From Octopus bimaculoides (taxonomy: Eukaryota): a stretch of DNA of 64,000 nucleotides. Under the pieces are notes generated by a model. It made no database searches. It was not told the DNA's origin and saw only the letters and a list, made by a program, of their open reading frames with translations. Both the position numbers and the translations under genes were made by a program. Numbering within the stretch: the first letter of the stretch is position 1; every line of letters starts with the position of its first letter. The stretch lies in the NCBI RefSeq assembly GCF_001194135.2, contig NC_068994.1, positions 15,122,216-15,186,215 on the forward strand, written 5' to 3'. Below, piece after piece: positions 36,123-48,998 of the stretch.

Positions 36123-39110
36123 TTCTTACCAATAAAATCCACACTGCATATTTTAACTCCCACCCAAACAGTAATGTAGTTCAAATTTGGTGTGGCGTTG
36201 GGAGAGAAAAAAAATTATGCTAAATTTTCAAAGTACAAACATCACAATATTAGAAATGCATATCAAACTCCTCCAACTGTTCATATGAACTCCTTTTGGG
36301 AATCACAAAGATAAACTTATATTTCTTTTCCTCCCACAAGCCCAAATTCTGTAAAGGAGATACGGTTAATTACATTGGTTCTAATACATTACTGGTATTT
36401 ATTCCATCAACCATTGAGAGAGGAAGGGCCAAGTCAACCCTTAGAGTTTAAACTCTGTGTGTGAAATAAATTATATGCAATAATATAGTTAGTCATTTAT
36501 GCTATTGTTTCTAATTATATAACTCATTTAGCATTTATTATGATTTGAAGAAATTCAGGTGGAAACTTGTCAAAACTGTTAGTATGTCTGAAAAATGCCT
36601 TGTATTTTTTTTTTTTTTAGCTCTTTGTGTTCTCAGTTCAAATCCTGCTGAGGTTAACTTTACCATTCATTCTTTCAGGGTTGTTAAAATAAAATAATAA
36701 TTTTCCAGTATACAAGTTGATGTAATATGTAATGTAAAAATGTAATATTAACAGTCAAGCATCATCTCTGTTTTTCCAAATCCTGCTGCATTTCACATGA
36801 AATTTTTGGTCCTCCAAAGTTATCTTGGTATATAAGTCAACTTTTTATGGCTGTAAATTTTGGTCTGAAAAAAATTTGAGTTGTCTGCTAGAACATACAG
36901 TGACAGCCAAGCATTGGGGAAGATGTAATTGACTACTCCCCCTCCCATCAAAATTACTAGCTTTGTACCTCTTTGGAGCATTTTCAATGCTTTTCAGTAA
37001 TCAAAATCTCAATGATTCTGGCTATAGAAATGTGTTAGAAATTGCCAACAAAAAGTTTCTTTATCACATTTCTTAACCGATTCAGACTGCTAAAGTTATG
37101 ATCAAATAAATATATCAAAATATGCCTCAGATTACTACTGTGCATTGTCAAATTATGATTTGCATGAAAAAGAAGAAAACTACTAAATTTACTTTTTTCA
37201 TAGTTAAATTTTATTGTCCTGCTTGTCTTGAAAACATGTTAGCTGTGACTGAAGCAAACGCAAGCCAGTAATGGTATATATATATCACACATTTTTTAAT
37301 TACCGGGTTTTCTTATTGAAATAATTGCTTTATCTCATCCTGATCTACAATTACATTATTTCATCTATTGTTCAGTTTTCAATAGTAAACAAGTAAGGAT
37401 ACTGAAGCTAAGAAATTTAAGTTGTTTTATCCTATGCTAATTTATTCAGTGTTCTATGTTGCTTTTTATAGTATTTTCTTGCTGTTAGATGGTGAACAAA
37501 AACATATTCTAATTCCATATTCCATTCTCTCTTACAAGATGTAATCATGTAATAGAATGGGTTATTAAGATTTGTTTCAGAAATGTGATTTCTTTTCTTT
37601 CTTCATTTATAAATCACATAGGATTTTTGATAATTTGAAAATAATTCAATAGAATTTCTTGGGCTTATATTAGATGATTGTGTACAAAAGTTATTTTATG
37701 GTAGCTTACACTTTAGTAAGTAAACAACATACAAGTTTGATGAAAATAATGACATGTGAAAAGGTTTTTTTTTTTTTTTTTTTTTTCATCTTGAAGTATG
37801 AGCTAACAGATTGTGGATTATTTTTATAATCTTATTAATTATAACTGAATCTAAGTGTGTGTGTGAGAGAGAGAGAGAGTAAGATTGGTAGTTACAAATA
37901 TAATTGCATGTTTGAAATGTTGTATGAGAAAGGAAAAGCATTTTAAATGATTGAGGTTAGCAAGGGATTTTCACCTTATATAATTCACAAGTTATTTTTT
38001 TAACTCTATCGAGATCTTTGCTAAGTCAATTGCTCCTGCAATTTGTTTTCTATTCAATTGTAAATGCTATTCACATTTTTAGTTAAATATTGGAATATTC
38101 TTACTTCATTATTTTCCCTGCTAGATGAGTCAGGAACTGCATTTCACTCACATGTTCCATATTTAACATGGTTTCTATGGCTGGCTGCCCTTTCTAACTG
38201 CAGCCACTTTGCTGAGTGTAGTGGGTACATTTTATTGTGACAACAGATGTAGAGAAGATTTTTGTCATGCTGCCTGTTAAGACAACCTCTCTTTTTGTTC
38301 TCCATTGTGTCAATTCATTCAAAGCAACCTGACTGAGGGGATGAATTGAAGAAAGAATGATGGCAGAGAAGTTGAAAGAAGAAAGAGAATATGATGGAAA
38401 AAACAGTGATAGCAATGGGAAGTGATAGAAGATGGAGAAAGAATGAGGGACTGTTGGCAAGGAGATTAGACTAACATGAACAGCATGTTGGTGGAAGGGA
38501 GCGTAATGGAGAAAGACAGGTACCGGAAGTGAGAGATATATGTCAACAATAAGTGATAGATAGTGATAAAGATGGGTAATGTTGAGAAAGAAAGATAGAA
38601 GGAATGTGTAGTGGTGAGAGAGGGAGTGATGGATGTCAATAATGAGACTTGGAGTGGGGAAAGAGAGAGAGAGAGATGAATATGAACAGATTTGATGTCA
38701 TCCTTTACAAAGATGTCATGATGGTAGAAAACTTATGACTGTGAAGTGCATTTCAGAGCCACACAGCCATGCCTGTGTGTGAGTGCATTCATAGTTGCAT
38801 GTGTGTGTGTCATCGTCGTCATTTTAACATCCGGTTTTATATGCTTGCATGAGTCAGACTTTCTAGTCAATTGCCCTTCCTTGTTTCCAAGTACAGACAT
38901 GTTTTCATGGAAGATTGGAAATGGATGACAACTGCTTACTTGACAATACACTATCTTTACACAACATCAAGACAAGAAGGCAGACACACATATATACATG
39001 GTAGGCTTCTTTCAGTTTCTGTCTATCAAATCCACTCTCAAAGCCTTGCTTGGCCTGGGCTATTGTAGAAAACACTGGCCTACATGACATCAAACCCATA
39101 TGCATTGGTA

Positions 39111-39237
39111 TTTGAACTGGTCAAATCTGGCTTTTCACACCTACCCTACAATGACATTCAAAGATAATGATGATTAATTCAAAGCAATGTAAATAAACAA
39201 GCATTACATTTGACTGAGTAATCTGAATGCTAAAGGG
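39111..39237 (-). mobile_element. piggyBac-type MITE family P1, partial
   Basis: caaatctggcttttcacacctaccctacaatgacatt…gcattacatttgactgagtaatctgaatgctaaaggg. Confidence 0.8.
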
Positions 39238-39663
39238 TTGAATTCGGTTTCCATCATGACCTGGCATTGACACTAAATTTTTTCAACATGCTCGCTGGAT
39301 ATATTTATATATTTATTTTAATAATTTTTCAAACCTTAAGGCTTGATAAATTTTAAGCACCGTTCACCAAACCTTATTTTCTTCTCCAACTTTTTATATT
39401 TGTCACAATCTTGCCTTAAGGATACTTTATAATTATCCAACTGATTGTCATTTCAGTTGAGAACAAAGAACTCTGTTCGTTCATAAAGAATTCTCACCAA
39501 TATCGATATTTTACTATTCCAAATCTGCAACCACCCTGTCTTTATATGAAAATATCAGCACTTAAACCAAGTTGCTTTTCATAAAATTCCTCTTGTCAGG
39601 AAAATCTGGATTTTGTTTCAATGCTGAATAATTCCCAAATTTCAGCTGATTTAATGCTTTCAC

Positions 39664-39664
39664 A

Positions 39665-39719
<55 letters not shown>

Positions 39720-39729
39720 NNNNNNNNNN

Positions 39730-39775
<46 letters not shown>
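39664..39775. repeat. (CT)n microsatellite spanning a 10-N gap
   Basis: Directly visible; gap at 39720-39729. Confidence 0.9.
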
Positions 39776-39778
<3 letters not shown>

Positions 39779-39942
39779 GTTCCTTTTGTTATTGGAAGAA
39801 ATTTACCTCAATCTAATTATGGTGAGAATATGTCATCTCTATATTGTGCTCTGTGTAACAGCTGTACAATAGGTGAGCATGTTTCTTGCTTTACTGCCAC
39901 ATCATCCATGCTTATACACACACACACACTTATGGAACGCAT

Positions 39943-40345
39943 TCATGTGTGGCTGTGTGGTAAGAAATTTCTTTCCCAATTACATGGTTTCAGGTTCAGT
40001 CTGCACTGTATGGCACCTTTGGCAAGAGTCTTATTCAATAATCCCAAGTCAACCAAAGCCTTGTGAATGGATTTGGTAGATGGAACTAAAAGAAGCCTGT
40101 CAAATAAATGTGTGTGTGTGTGTGTGTGTGTGTGAGACAGAGAGAGAGAGAGTTTGTATCTCCTTATCTTGACATTGCATAAGCAGTGTCATTTATTTCC
40201 TGTATTCTGCAAGAAAATGCTGTGCAATGAAAGCAAATGAGGGTTGGCAACAGAAAAGCCATCAGGCCACAGAAAACCTATCTTGGTAAACTCTGCCTGA
40301 CCCATGCAAGCATAAAGAAGTGGACATTAAAATGATGGTGATGAC
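39943..40345 (+). mobile_element. SINE A-like head, microsatellite and family E-type tail
   Basis: atgtgtggctgtgtggtaagaa…ggttcagtc…ggcacctttggcaagagtctt…gccttgtgaatggatttggtag, then (TG)n(AG)n, then gaagtggacattaaaatgatgg. Confidence 0.7.
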
Positions 40346-40984
40346 ATTCCCCACTTCAATGCTTTTTTGTTTTTTTTTGTTTTTTGTTAATTGTTATTCA
40401 TTCCAAGGAGTAGAGGATAGTACCTGTGGCTTTTTCAGGGACACAATTCTGTTTATATACATTTAACTCCTCTGCAAACCACTTCCATTCCCCATTATCT
40501 TCCACCACCTACTGTCTCCACCAAGCACCACCTTTTTGTTGTTCTCCATTATTAATACCTCTTCTGCTGTCACCCTTAATGGTGTCACATAATCTACTGT
40601 AATCCCTGTCCTACTGAGCCTCTGCTATATTTCACTCCATCACCTCCATCATTCCTACTCACCTGGTCTGAACCTCTATGTCACCTCACTTATTCTCACC
40701 GCTCCCAACGTCTGATGAGGGCATGTCTTGACACATCTTTGCCACCATCTCTCACTGTTGCTCGCTTTATTGTTCAGTTACTCACCCACTCTCTTTATCT
40801 TACTCTCTCACTTGCTCTCCTTTCTCTTCTAACTGGGGTATCTATCTATCTATCTATCTATCTACTCTATAAGAAGGCACCTATCCTTGTTCCTCTATGC
40901 CTTTAATCTTTCAACTAACACAAAGCCACCACCTCTTCAATACTACTCCCCCTGCTTCCAACTGGTTGCTTGGTCACCTTGTCA

Positions 40985-41161
40985 GTATTGGTGACACAGA
41001 AAAAGCACCCAGTACACTCTTCAAAGTGGTTGGCATTAGGAAGGGCATCCAGCTAAAGACACCATGCCAAACAATGGATCCCGGTGCAGTTCCTGGCCTT
41101 ACCAGCTCCTGTCAAACCATCCATCCAATGCCAGCATGGAAAATGGACATTAAATGATGAT
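40985..41161 (+). mobile_element. Retroposon family E 3' part
   Basis: aaaaagcacccagtacactc..gtggttggcattaggaagggcatccagct…gccagcatggaaaatggacattaaatgatgat. Confidence 0.8.
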
Positions 41162-41443
41162 ATGTATATACACACATTTACATTTGTATATGTGCATATG
41201 TGTGTGTATGTATGTATATAAAATATGGAGTACCTTTACATGACTTGTATTATGAATATGGATGGATTATATACACACAGTTTGAGGATATGTGTAAATA
41301 TATAACTAATGCTTAGTTGTGTAGCTATAATATTGAAATTTTTTTATATAAGCCTATACATTTATTGTTTTTAGAATATACTTTTATAAATCTCATGCTT
41401 CACTTAACAGTATTATCATTATTACTTCTACTACATTTGTTAC

Positions 41444-41482
<39 letters not shown>

Positions 41483-42132
41483 TAAGCGGAGAGCTGGCAA
41501 AATCATTAGCACACTGGACAAAACACTTGGTGGTATTTCATCCATCTGTATGTTCTGAGTCCAAATTCCATCAAGGTCAACTTTGCCTTCATCCTTTCAG
41601 GGTCGATAAATTAAGTACCGGTTGCGTACTGAGGATTGATGTAATCGACTAGTCTCCTCCCCCAAAATTTCAGACCTCATGCCTTTAGCAAAAAGGATTA
41701 TTATTATTATTATTCATAAAAAGGTGGAGAGCTGGCAGAATCGTTAGCATGCTGGACAAAATGCTTAGCAGTATTTCACCCATCACTACATTCTGAGTTC
41801 AAATTCTGTCGAGGTTGACTTTGCCTTTCATCATTTCAGGGTCGATAAATTAAGTACCAGTGAAACTGTAATCTACTAGTCCCCTGTAATCTACTAGTCC
41901 CCTCCCCCAAAATTTCAGGTCTTGTGTCTATTGTAGAAAGAATCATTATTGTTCGTCTTTACATTCTGAGTTCAAATACCACCGAGGTCAGCTTTGCCGT
42001 TCATCCTTTCAGGGTTGATAAATTAAGTACCAGTGAAACACTAGGGTTGATGTAATCAACTAGTCTCCTCCCGCATAGTTTCAGGCCTTGTACCTATAGC
42101 AGAAAGGATTATTATTATTGTAGTAGTAGTAC
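41444..42132 (+). mobile_element. Tandem array of three SINE C copies separated by (ATT)n
   Basis: Units at about 41481-41697, 41718-41945 and 41954-42110 (5'-truncated), each ending in gaaa(a)gg/a-(ATT)n. Confidence 0.9.
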
Positions 42133-45009
42133 TAGAATTCTAAACAACCATTTGTGTGTGTGTGTGTGTGTGTACATTTATTGAGGTTTAGTCTCCTTGA
42201 CCTCTACTTAGAAGCACTATCTGAGAGGGACTTCATTGTTTTAATCAGTTGAAGGTGTCTGTTTATTGTAATGTTCATATAATTATCTATTGGTGAATAA
42301 TTCTGGTCAGTGCCACTTTTTCTAATGTGCAAGAGACTATCTCATATCTTTTTGTACACAGTAAGCTTGTTAGTCAAAAAGTGATGTCTTTAAGTAAAGT
42401 CTGTTAAACAATTAGGCACATTGCCAAATATTGCTTCTGTTGCTGCTACTACTACTATTGTCAGCTTGTTGCTTTGTTGTATCCTGCACTTAGCTCTAAT
42501 GTCTGCTTGGCTTCAGTGGGTAGTGCCTGCAACTATGGTTGTTCTAAAACTGTTGCAGCAACTGAATTAATTCTGCAGATCAATGCTAACCTCATTGTTA
42601 ATATTCAATTCACATGCAAGATTTCCTGCATTTTTGATTAAAAAAAAAAGACAAAAAAAAAAACCAATCTAAATATTCGCATTTTCTCTTAACATCTTGT
42701 GCATATTCATTTTTACATTTGCTCTAACCATGTTGAAATATGTGTCTGAAAGGCTAGGCTACATAATACTAGTGCCAAACAGCTACTAATAACTATTTCT
42801 CTCTCTGTCGCAAGTCTGAGAGAATTTGTTTTTTTTGTTTTTTTCCAATTAAATTTTCCATAGTTCTTATTGCTTCAGTTCCTTTTAAATCTTTCAAACA
42901 AAAATCATTTTATTTATTTTATTTTTTTTTCATTTTACTTCGACTTCAGTTCATAAGAGAAAACAAATAGTTCTAATATTTTTTCTTTGTTTGGCCAACA
43001 AATCTGAAAGTTCATGTGAATGCGTTAAAATTCTAGAAGGCATTATTCATTTGAAATATGTCTAGTACATTAAGATTAAATTTTTTTTTTTTAAAAAGGA
43101 AGAAACTTGGAATTGGTGTTAGAGTGTGTGAAAAATGCACCAAAATAAAAAAAAATGGTTATTGAAAATATTATTTACCAAAAATAGTTATTTTGCATCA
43201 AGGAATTGAAAGAAAGAAAGAAAACTGAATGGAATAATTTTGTATATTATTTAACATGAAGGTGACTGTTATTTCTTTTGCTAATTATGGTGAATATTAG
43301 ACCTTTATTTGAAAATAATTACATGTAGAATAAATAAACATAGTTAAGATAATTGCTAGTTATCATCTTCATAGCAAAAATTCAATTGTTGATAACTTTG
43401 AAGAAAAGTTCAAATTAAATACTCAACCAGAACCTGTTTCTTTGTGTTTCCCCTGAAGTTATTCTTATTTAAAAATAAAATCTTTGTATATAGAGACAAA
43501 GAAGCTGCTTGTTAAAAGAATTGTCTTCTTTTTTCTGTAGTATGGATTTGATATTGTTTCTAACAAAATAAGCTTAGTCTGATCTAGCAAAATTAATTTG
43601 AGCAAAAAGGAAAGAAAAAAAACGTTAGTACCTGCAAGCAAGCTTAGATGAAAGGTAAACTGGAATGAAAAACAGAAACTAGCAGACACTTAGCTGAGGA
43701 AGAAATCAATAACAAGCTAATGTGAATCCCATCTTTAGCAGCAGGCAACTGTTGTTTGGCATAGATTGGAAAGTGGGTCAGCCTAACAGCCTTGACCTTC
43801 TCAGGGAGAAAAGGCTACAGGAAAAAGGGAGAAGGTTGCTTCTATTAAATGGTGTACTCTTCTCCCTCCTGATATATATATTTATTATTTTACAGCTGTA
43901 TATATATATATATTTTTTTTTAATATTTATTAAACAGTCTATTCAACTTCCCTTTCCCACTTGTGGTATTGAAGTCAGAGAGAAGCTGATTGAGTATGTT
44001 CTCTTATTTAATTATTTATTCATTTTGAGTTTTGCTTTTGCTTTTTATGAAGATATTTGTTGATATCAGTTTCTTGTTTATTTCTTGTCGGCGTTGCTAT
44101 GCTGGTTATTTCAAATTAGTATTTCCTTATTGTTGCTCTGTATTGTTTACATTTGCTTGATATGCAACTGACTGTCAGACAAACATGAACGTGTGTTATG
44201 TGTGTTCGCTGTCTTTACTTTCCGTCTTTAAATGCGCTAAAGATTGTTAATTGCAATTAGCCTCTAGCTGGTTTACTTGGCAAGCTAAGTTAGTCTACAC
44301 CAGTATTGTGTAAGTGTTGTGACACTATTCACTGACTTGTCTTGTCATTGAATAGCAAGTTGTCTTGGAGATTTTTTTTCTTTCTGCTTCCCCCTTCTCA
44401 TTGCTGCTTGGTTTCCTGTCTTTGAGAGTTGTTTCCACTGTTGTTGGAATTACTTCCTGACCTTTGTCTCCTAACCTATGTTTTAAACTTTTTTTTTTTT
44501 TTAATGTTTACTGAAGAATACTTGAACTGTCAGATGATATTTGGATTTCTTGGTTAAACCCATCTTTATGTAGTGTTCTTTGACATTTACCAAATGTTGG
44601 TACAGAATAATTATATTTATTCTTCAGTCTAATTTAACTTTTCCATTTTGTGTGTGTGTGTGTGTGTGTTTTCTGGTAGTAACATTAAAAAAATATTTGT
44701 GAAAGTGTGTGTGTGTGTGGGGNNNNNNNNNNAATGTTGTCATGTTTAGTTTGTCATTTTATTGTTTCAAAAAGGTGTGCTATTGACAGTTGGATTTTTT
44801 TTTTTTCTATCAAACTGTATAAATTGAGAAAATGCCAGATCACTGGTTATAAGAAATTAATGACTATGGTTACCATATAGGGACTTCTAAAATATTGTCT
44901 TTGACAAGCCACCCCATCCCAATTGTTCAGTCAATTTCTTTTTCACTTTTCATTTAAATAAACCTTTGACTCAGTACATAACTAGTCTCTTGTCAGTGAT
45001 GGTCTAAAG

Positions 45010-45298
45010 CAGTGCTACTCAAAGTAGTGGTCCATGGACTGGTGCCGGTCCATGAGCTGGTATGCAGCATGTTTCCAGAAAAGATAGAAATGTTATAAAA
45101 TGCTTATATAATATTGTATTATTTGTTTACAAAATAAATATAAGGTAAAAAAAAACTATCAACTTTTATTATATTCGTTATATATATTATTTCCAGTATA
45201 AATTAACATTACTAAAAAATATTACCAGTCCTTGGCACATTGGGAAAAAAAGAAAAAAAACTGCCAGTACACCACATCAGATAGTTCGAGAAGCACTG
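45010..45298. mobile_element. hAT-Charlie-type MITE, copy 2
   Basis: TIRs CAGTGCTACTCAAA / TTCGAGAAGCACTG. The 8-bp TSD gtctaaag / gtctaaat matches at 7/8 and fits the Charlie NTCTANAN preference. Confidence 0.9.
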
Positions 45299-46990
45299 GT
45301 CTAAATAAAGTTCAATCACTTGAGCTTTGTACCATGAAGAGTTGTTTTAATAAATATTTTTCTTCTTTGAAACACATATATTCATTGTCTTTGTAGCTAA
45401 GTAATATCGACTTCATCATTGGTTTAACAACTCTTTAGTATCAGTTGAATGGACCTGTACAAAACCCATGTCTTCAATCTCATTCAGTATCAATCTGCAT
45501 TATCTTATCAGTGAAACTCTTTCCTAAATATTCTTTGATTTGCCTCCAGTTCAGATATCTGCCACTGTCGATTTAAGGCTCCCTCCTTTCCAAACCATTT
45601 CCTCAGCTCATTTGCATTTGATTTTTCTTGGAAATTGGCATTGAATATTCTTGGTTCATACTTTTCCAGCTTCTATAATTCATAAGTGTATATTGTCCTG
45701 CTTTTCACTGTTTATATAGCATTATATCTACCTTTTGTTTTATTCCCACTTCATAAAATCTGCTCTTTGTATATATCTTTTCTTAACAGAGAATGTGCTA
45801 TTGTTTGTTTTTTGTATACAAAGAGCAAGTTGTACATCTTTGTATTATATTAATAATAGTGATAATGCTGTAAAGTTAAGAAATTAGTAATTACTAAACA
45901 AAATTGATTAAATTCAATTGAATTTAATCTTAGAAAACAGTTTTAGCAGATATATCTTAAAACGGCTTGACATGCTTAATAATGTCATGAAAAATAATTT
46001 ACTTAGTTACCTTGTCTGTTTTATGTTTTAATCTGTTTATTAAAAGCAACAGCATATCTAGTAAATAGCTAGTCATATAAAAAGACAGTTAAGTTTGAAT
46101 TGTTTTAAAAATAATAGAAATTGTGCAAAGTATGGGCAAGCAAAGGACTAGTCTGAGATTGTCTTAGTTAAAACTTAATTCTTTTCATAGAATTTATTAA
46201 AGTAATTTGGCATTTTGTCAGAAAGAACTTGAGCAGATCTTTAGTTAATTTTAGTAATTGATGGTTCTAGATCTTTCAGTATTCCTGACACTATAGGACA
46301 ATGATGAATAAACACACTTGCATACACTTGTTTCCAATATCTGGAGAAGTACTTTGAATTCTTTGTGGAAAGTGTAATCTTTTTTGACTTGGCTGCTCCA
46401 TAAAGTTGCTAATGTTACTAGCAGAAATTCTCATGTACTTGTGTTTTGTTAGGCACTTTTTTTTGGTATGACTTTCATGAAGCTGTTTTCAGATTTATTT
46501 TCTAAATTTATATCCTAACTTTCCTTGTTTTAACTTCAATGCAAAGAAAAACATCAGCCCATAGCTATTTTGTGAAATATGAGAGCTAACAATTGTTGGA
46601 TGTAAACTTGAAGCAACACATATGGAAGTCTTGTGCAGAGATGGGGTATATGATATCTAGATAGGTAGTACAGTTCATAGACTACAACCACAAATTTGAC
46701 TCTAGTATTTATTTCTGAACCTCAGTTGGTTTTTATAGTAAACGTATAAATATTATTGTGGAACAGCCAACAGGAAAGTTTTTCAGCTATAACACTGAGA
46801 CTAAATGGCAGCTAGGTAAGAATAATTTCTTACCTTCACTCCCATTTTGTTTATTTATTCAGCAAATTGAAGACATTCTAGCCAGGTGATTTTATAAAAG
46901 ATAGTAACCGGAGAATTACCATTGGTGATTTTTGAAGCTAAATCAAAACATAACAAATCAAGGCCTATATAGTAAAAAAAAACAAAAAAA

Positions 46991-47110
46991 CTCACTCACT
47001 CACTCACTCACTCACTCACTCACTCACTCACTCACTCACTCACTCACTCACTCACTCACTCGCTCACTCGCTCACATACATACATACATACATACATACA
47101 TACATACATA
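46991..47110. repeat. Compound tetranucleotide microsatellite (CTCA)n-(TACA)n
   Basis: Directly visible. Confidence 0.95.
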
Positions 47111-47481
47111 ATCCCTTTTGCCTTTTAAATCCCATTCAGTGAAAGAGAGGAGTTTAATGCATCTCTGTAATAAATTGTTCCAGAATTTTTAATTTCACCN
47201 NNNNNNNNNATCCCATTCAGTGAAAGAGAGGAGTTTAATGCATCTCTGTAATAAATTGTTCCAGAATTTTTAATTTCACCAATTCTGAAATCAAATAAAG
47301 TTTGAAAATACATCTTTGTTTTTTTTAAAAATCACATTAACAAATGTATTGTTTAGTTGTTGTTCCCCCCCCCCCAATGTTTCACTGCTGCCAGAAGATA
47401 GTGTTCAGGTTTGGATAGTGATAGTGCCTTCAATTTATTGCTTCATCTCTTTTTATATGTTTAGTCATTTCAATAGTTGAA

Positions 47482-47688
47482 CCCTTTAGCTTTTAAACAA
47501 GTCATACCTGGTTCAAAATATTCAACCTGTTTTATGTTCAAACTGGCCAGATCCACCCTTTCATACCCTACATTGTCATTCTAAAAGTAACCAATGACAT
47601 CATCAAAATTTCAGTGCTATGAGATTAATTCAAAACTAAGTGAATAAACAAACGTTACATTTGACAAAGTAATCTGAGTGCTAAAGAG
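47482..47688 (-). mobile_element. piggyBac-type MITE family P1
   Basis: CCCTTTAGC left terminus and aatctgagtgctaaagag-TTAA right terminus; reverse orientation relative to 27929. Confidence 0.8.
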
Positions 47689-48778
47689 TTAAAAGCAGTG
47701 TCTTTTTGATTGTATTGCTGGATTTAATATTTTGATCAACAATGTCATACTATATAAACTGTCAGAAAATGAAAATGACAGTAATGATACTGCTTTTGTA
47801 AATAATCACCAGAAGCCTAAATTGGGACACCACAATGTATACAATGATTTATGATTCTGTGGTATATTTTTAATATAAAATTCAGTCATGTAAATAAATA
47901 GGTGTCTTGAAAATTGTCCTTCGTTATAACTGTTGTTATTATCTCAGTAGTATAATCACATAACAAGCACAGATTAGTAAATGAAATAGCATTGGGGTTA
48001 ATTGATTATGTAATTATCTTTTTTTTATTTAGTTATTTTTTTTCTCTAATTATCTGTTGGCAAATCTCACCAAATTCTTAATATGATGAAATTGGTATCC
48101 AAAATAAACTTGTATCATAAAACATTTCTATTTGTAGCTTCTCATGCTTGAGTTTTTAACTCCCTTTACATATCAGATTAGATAGAAATACAGTCAGTAC
48201 TGTTATGTGAAGTTGCCTGAAGATACTACATACACAAAGGCAAAGCTGAAATAGCATTTGCATTGTAAGAATCCTATACTCACACAGATCAGTTGTGGCC
48301 CATTGAGAAACCAGCTATCTCACTTTGTCTCACTTGTCCTTATAGGAAGCCATTGAAATGTGTATGTCATTTATTTTACTGAGTTGTAATTTCTGCCAAA
48401 CTTCCTTATTTATTCTCTGCCTAAATACCATTTGGAGAACATTATCCATGCATATATTTGTTCTAGGTTAGAAACTAATTCAGCTTAATACAGTGGTCAG
48501 CAAACTAGATATATATATTTTTTCTTTCTCTACTATTCTCCCCTGAGACTATGCACTTATCTCCCTTCTTAGAAATATGGCAATAAGTAGTTGATGATAA
48601 TATCAAAACTTGTAATTAATTTTGACTGCAAAAGAAAGGATCAAAAAAAAAAAAAAAAAGAGGAAGAAAAGGGAAAAGCTGTTAACTTTGAGTACTGATT
48701 GGCATCTTAACTTTCCAAATATCATCTGTTCAAGAAACCTTTGGGAAATTTGGGAATTGTATAAATTTATACCTCTAA

Positions 48779-48998
48779 CCCTTTAACATTCAGATTACTC
48801 TGTAAAATATAATGTTTATTTATTCACAGTGTGTTTAATTAATTGTGGCTCATTTCCTAACTTGAAGATTTCAATGATGTGATTGTTTATTTTTAAAATT
48901 ACATTGTAGGGTAGGTGTGAGAAGCCAAATCTAGCCAGTTTGAACATAAAACAAGTAGAATACTTGAGGTGGATATGGCCAGTTTAAATGCTATAAGG
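48779..48998 (+). mobile_element. piggyBac-type MITE family P1
   Basis: (c)taa-CCCTTTAACATTCAGATTACTCTG…ggatatggccagtttaaatgctataagg. Confidence 0.8.

Noticed and set aside
21750-42132. SINE C arrays as a CRISPR-like repeat-spacer system
   Set aside because: Units are ~200-bp diverged tRNA-type SINEs with simple-repeat linkers rather than unique spacers. There are no cas genes and the DNA is eukaryotic.
43722-44063. 113-aa ORF with a hydrophobic second half
   Set aside because: The hydrophobic part derives from T-rich and (TA)n low-complexity DNA, with no family motif or splice support.
46787-46815. Candidate 29-nt microexon (tttttcag|…CTAG|gtaaga), and a similar one near 33970
   Set aside because: Such AG…GT pairs are expected by chance in 38 kb of AT-rich intron. 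Both would introduce an immediate stop and have no supporting evidence without RNA data.
47129-47280. Exact 71-bp direct repeat (47129-47199 and 47210-47280), which also appears as a duplicated peptide in ORF 47125..47313
   Set aside because: The two identical copies flank a 10-N gap, the typical sign of an unmerged contig overlap. This is an assembly artefact.
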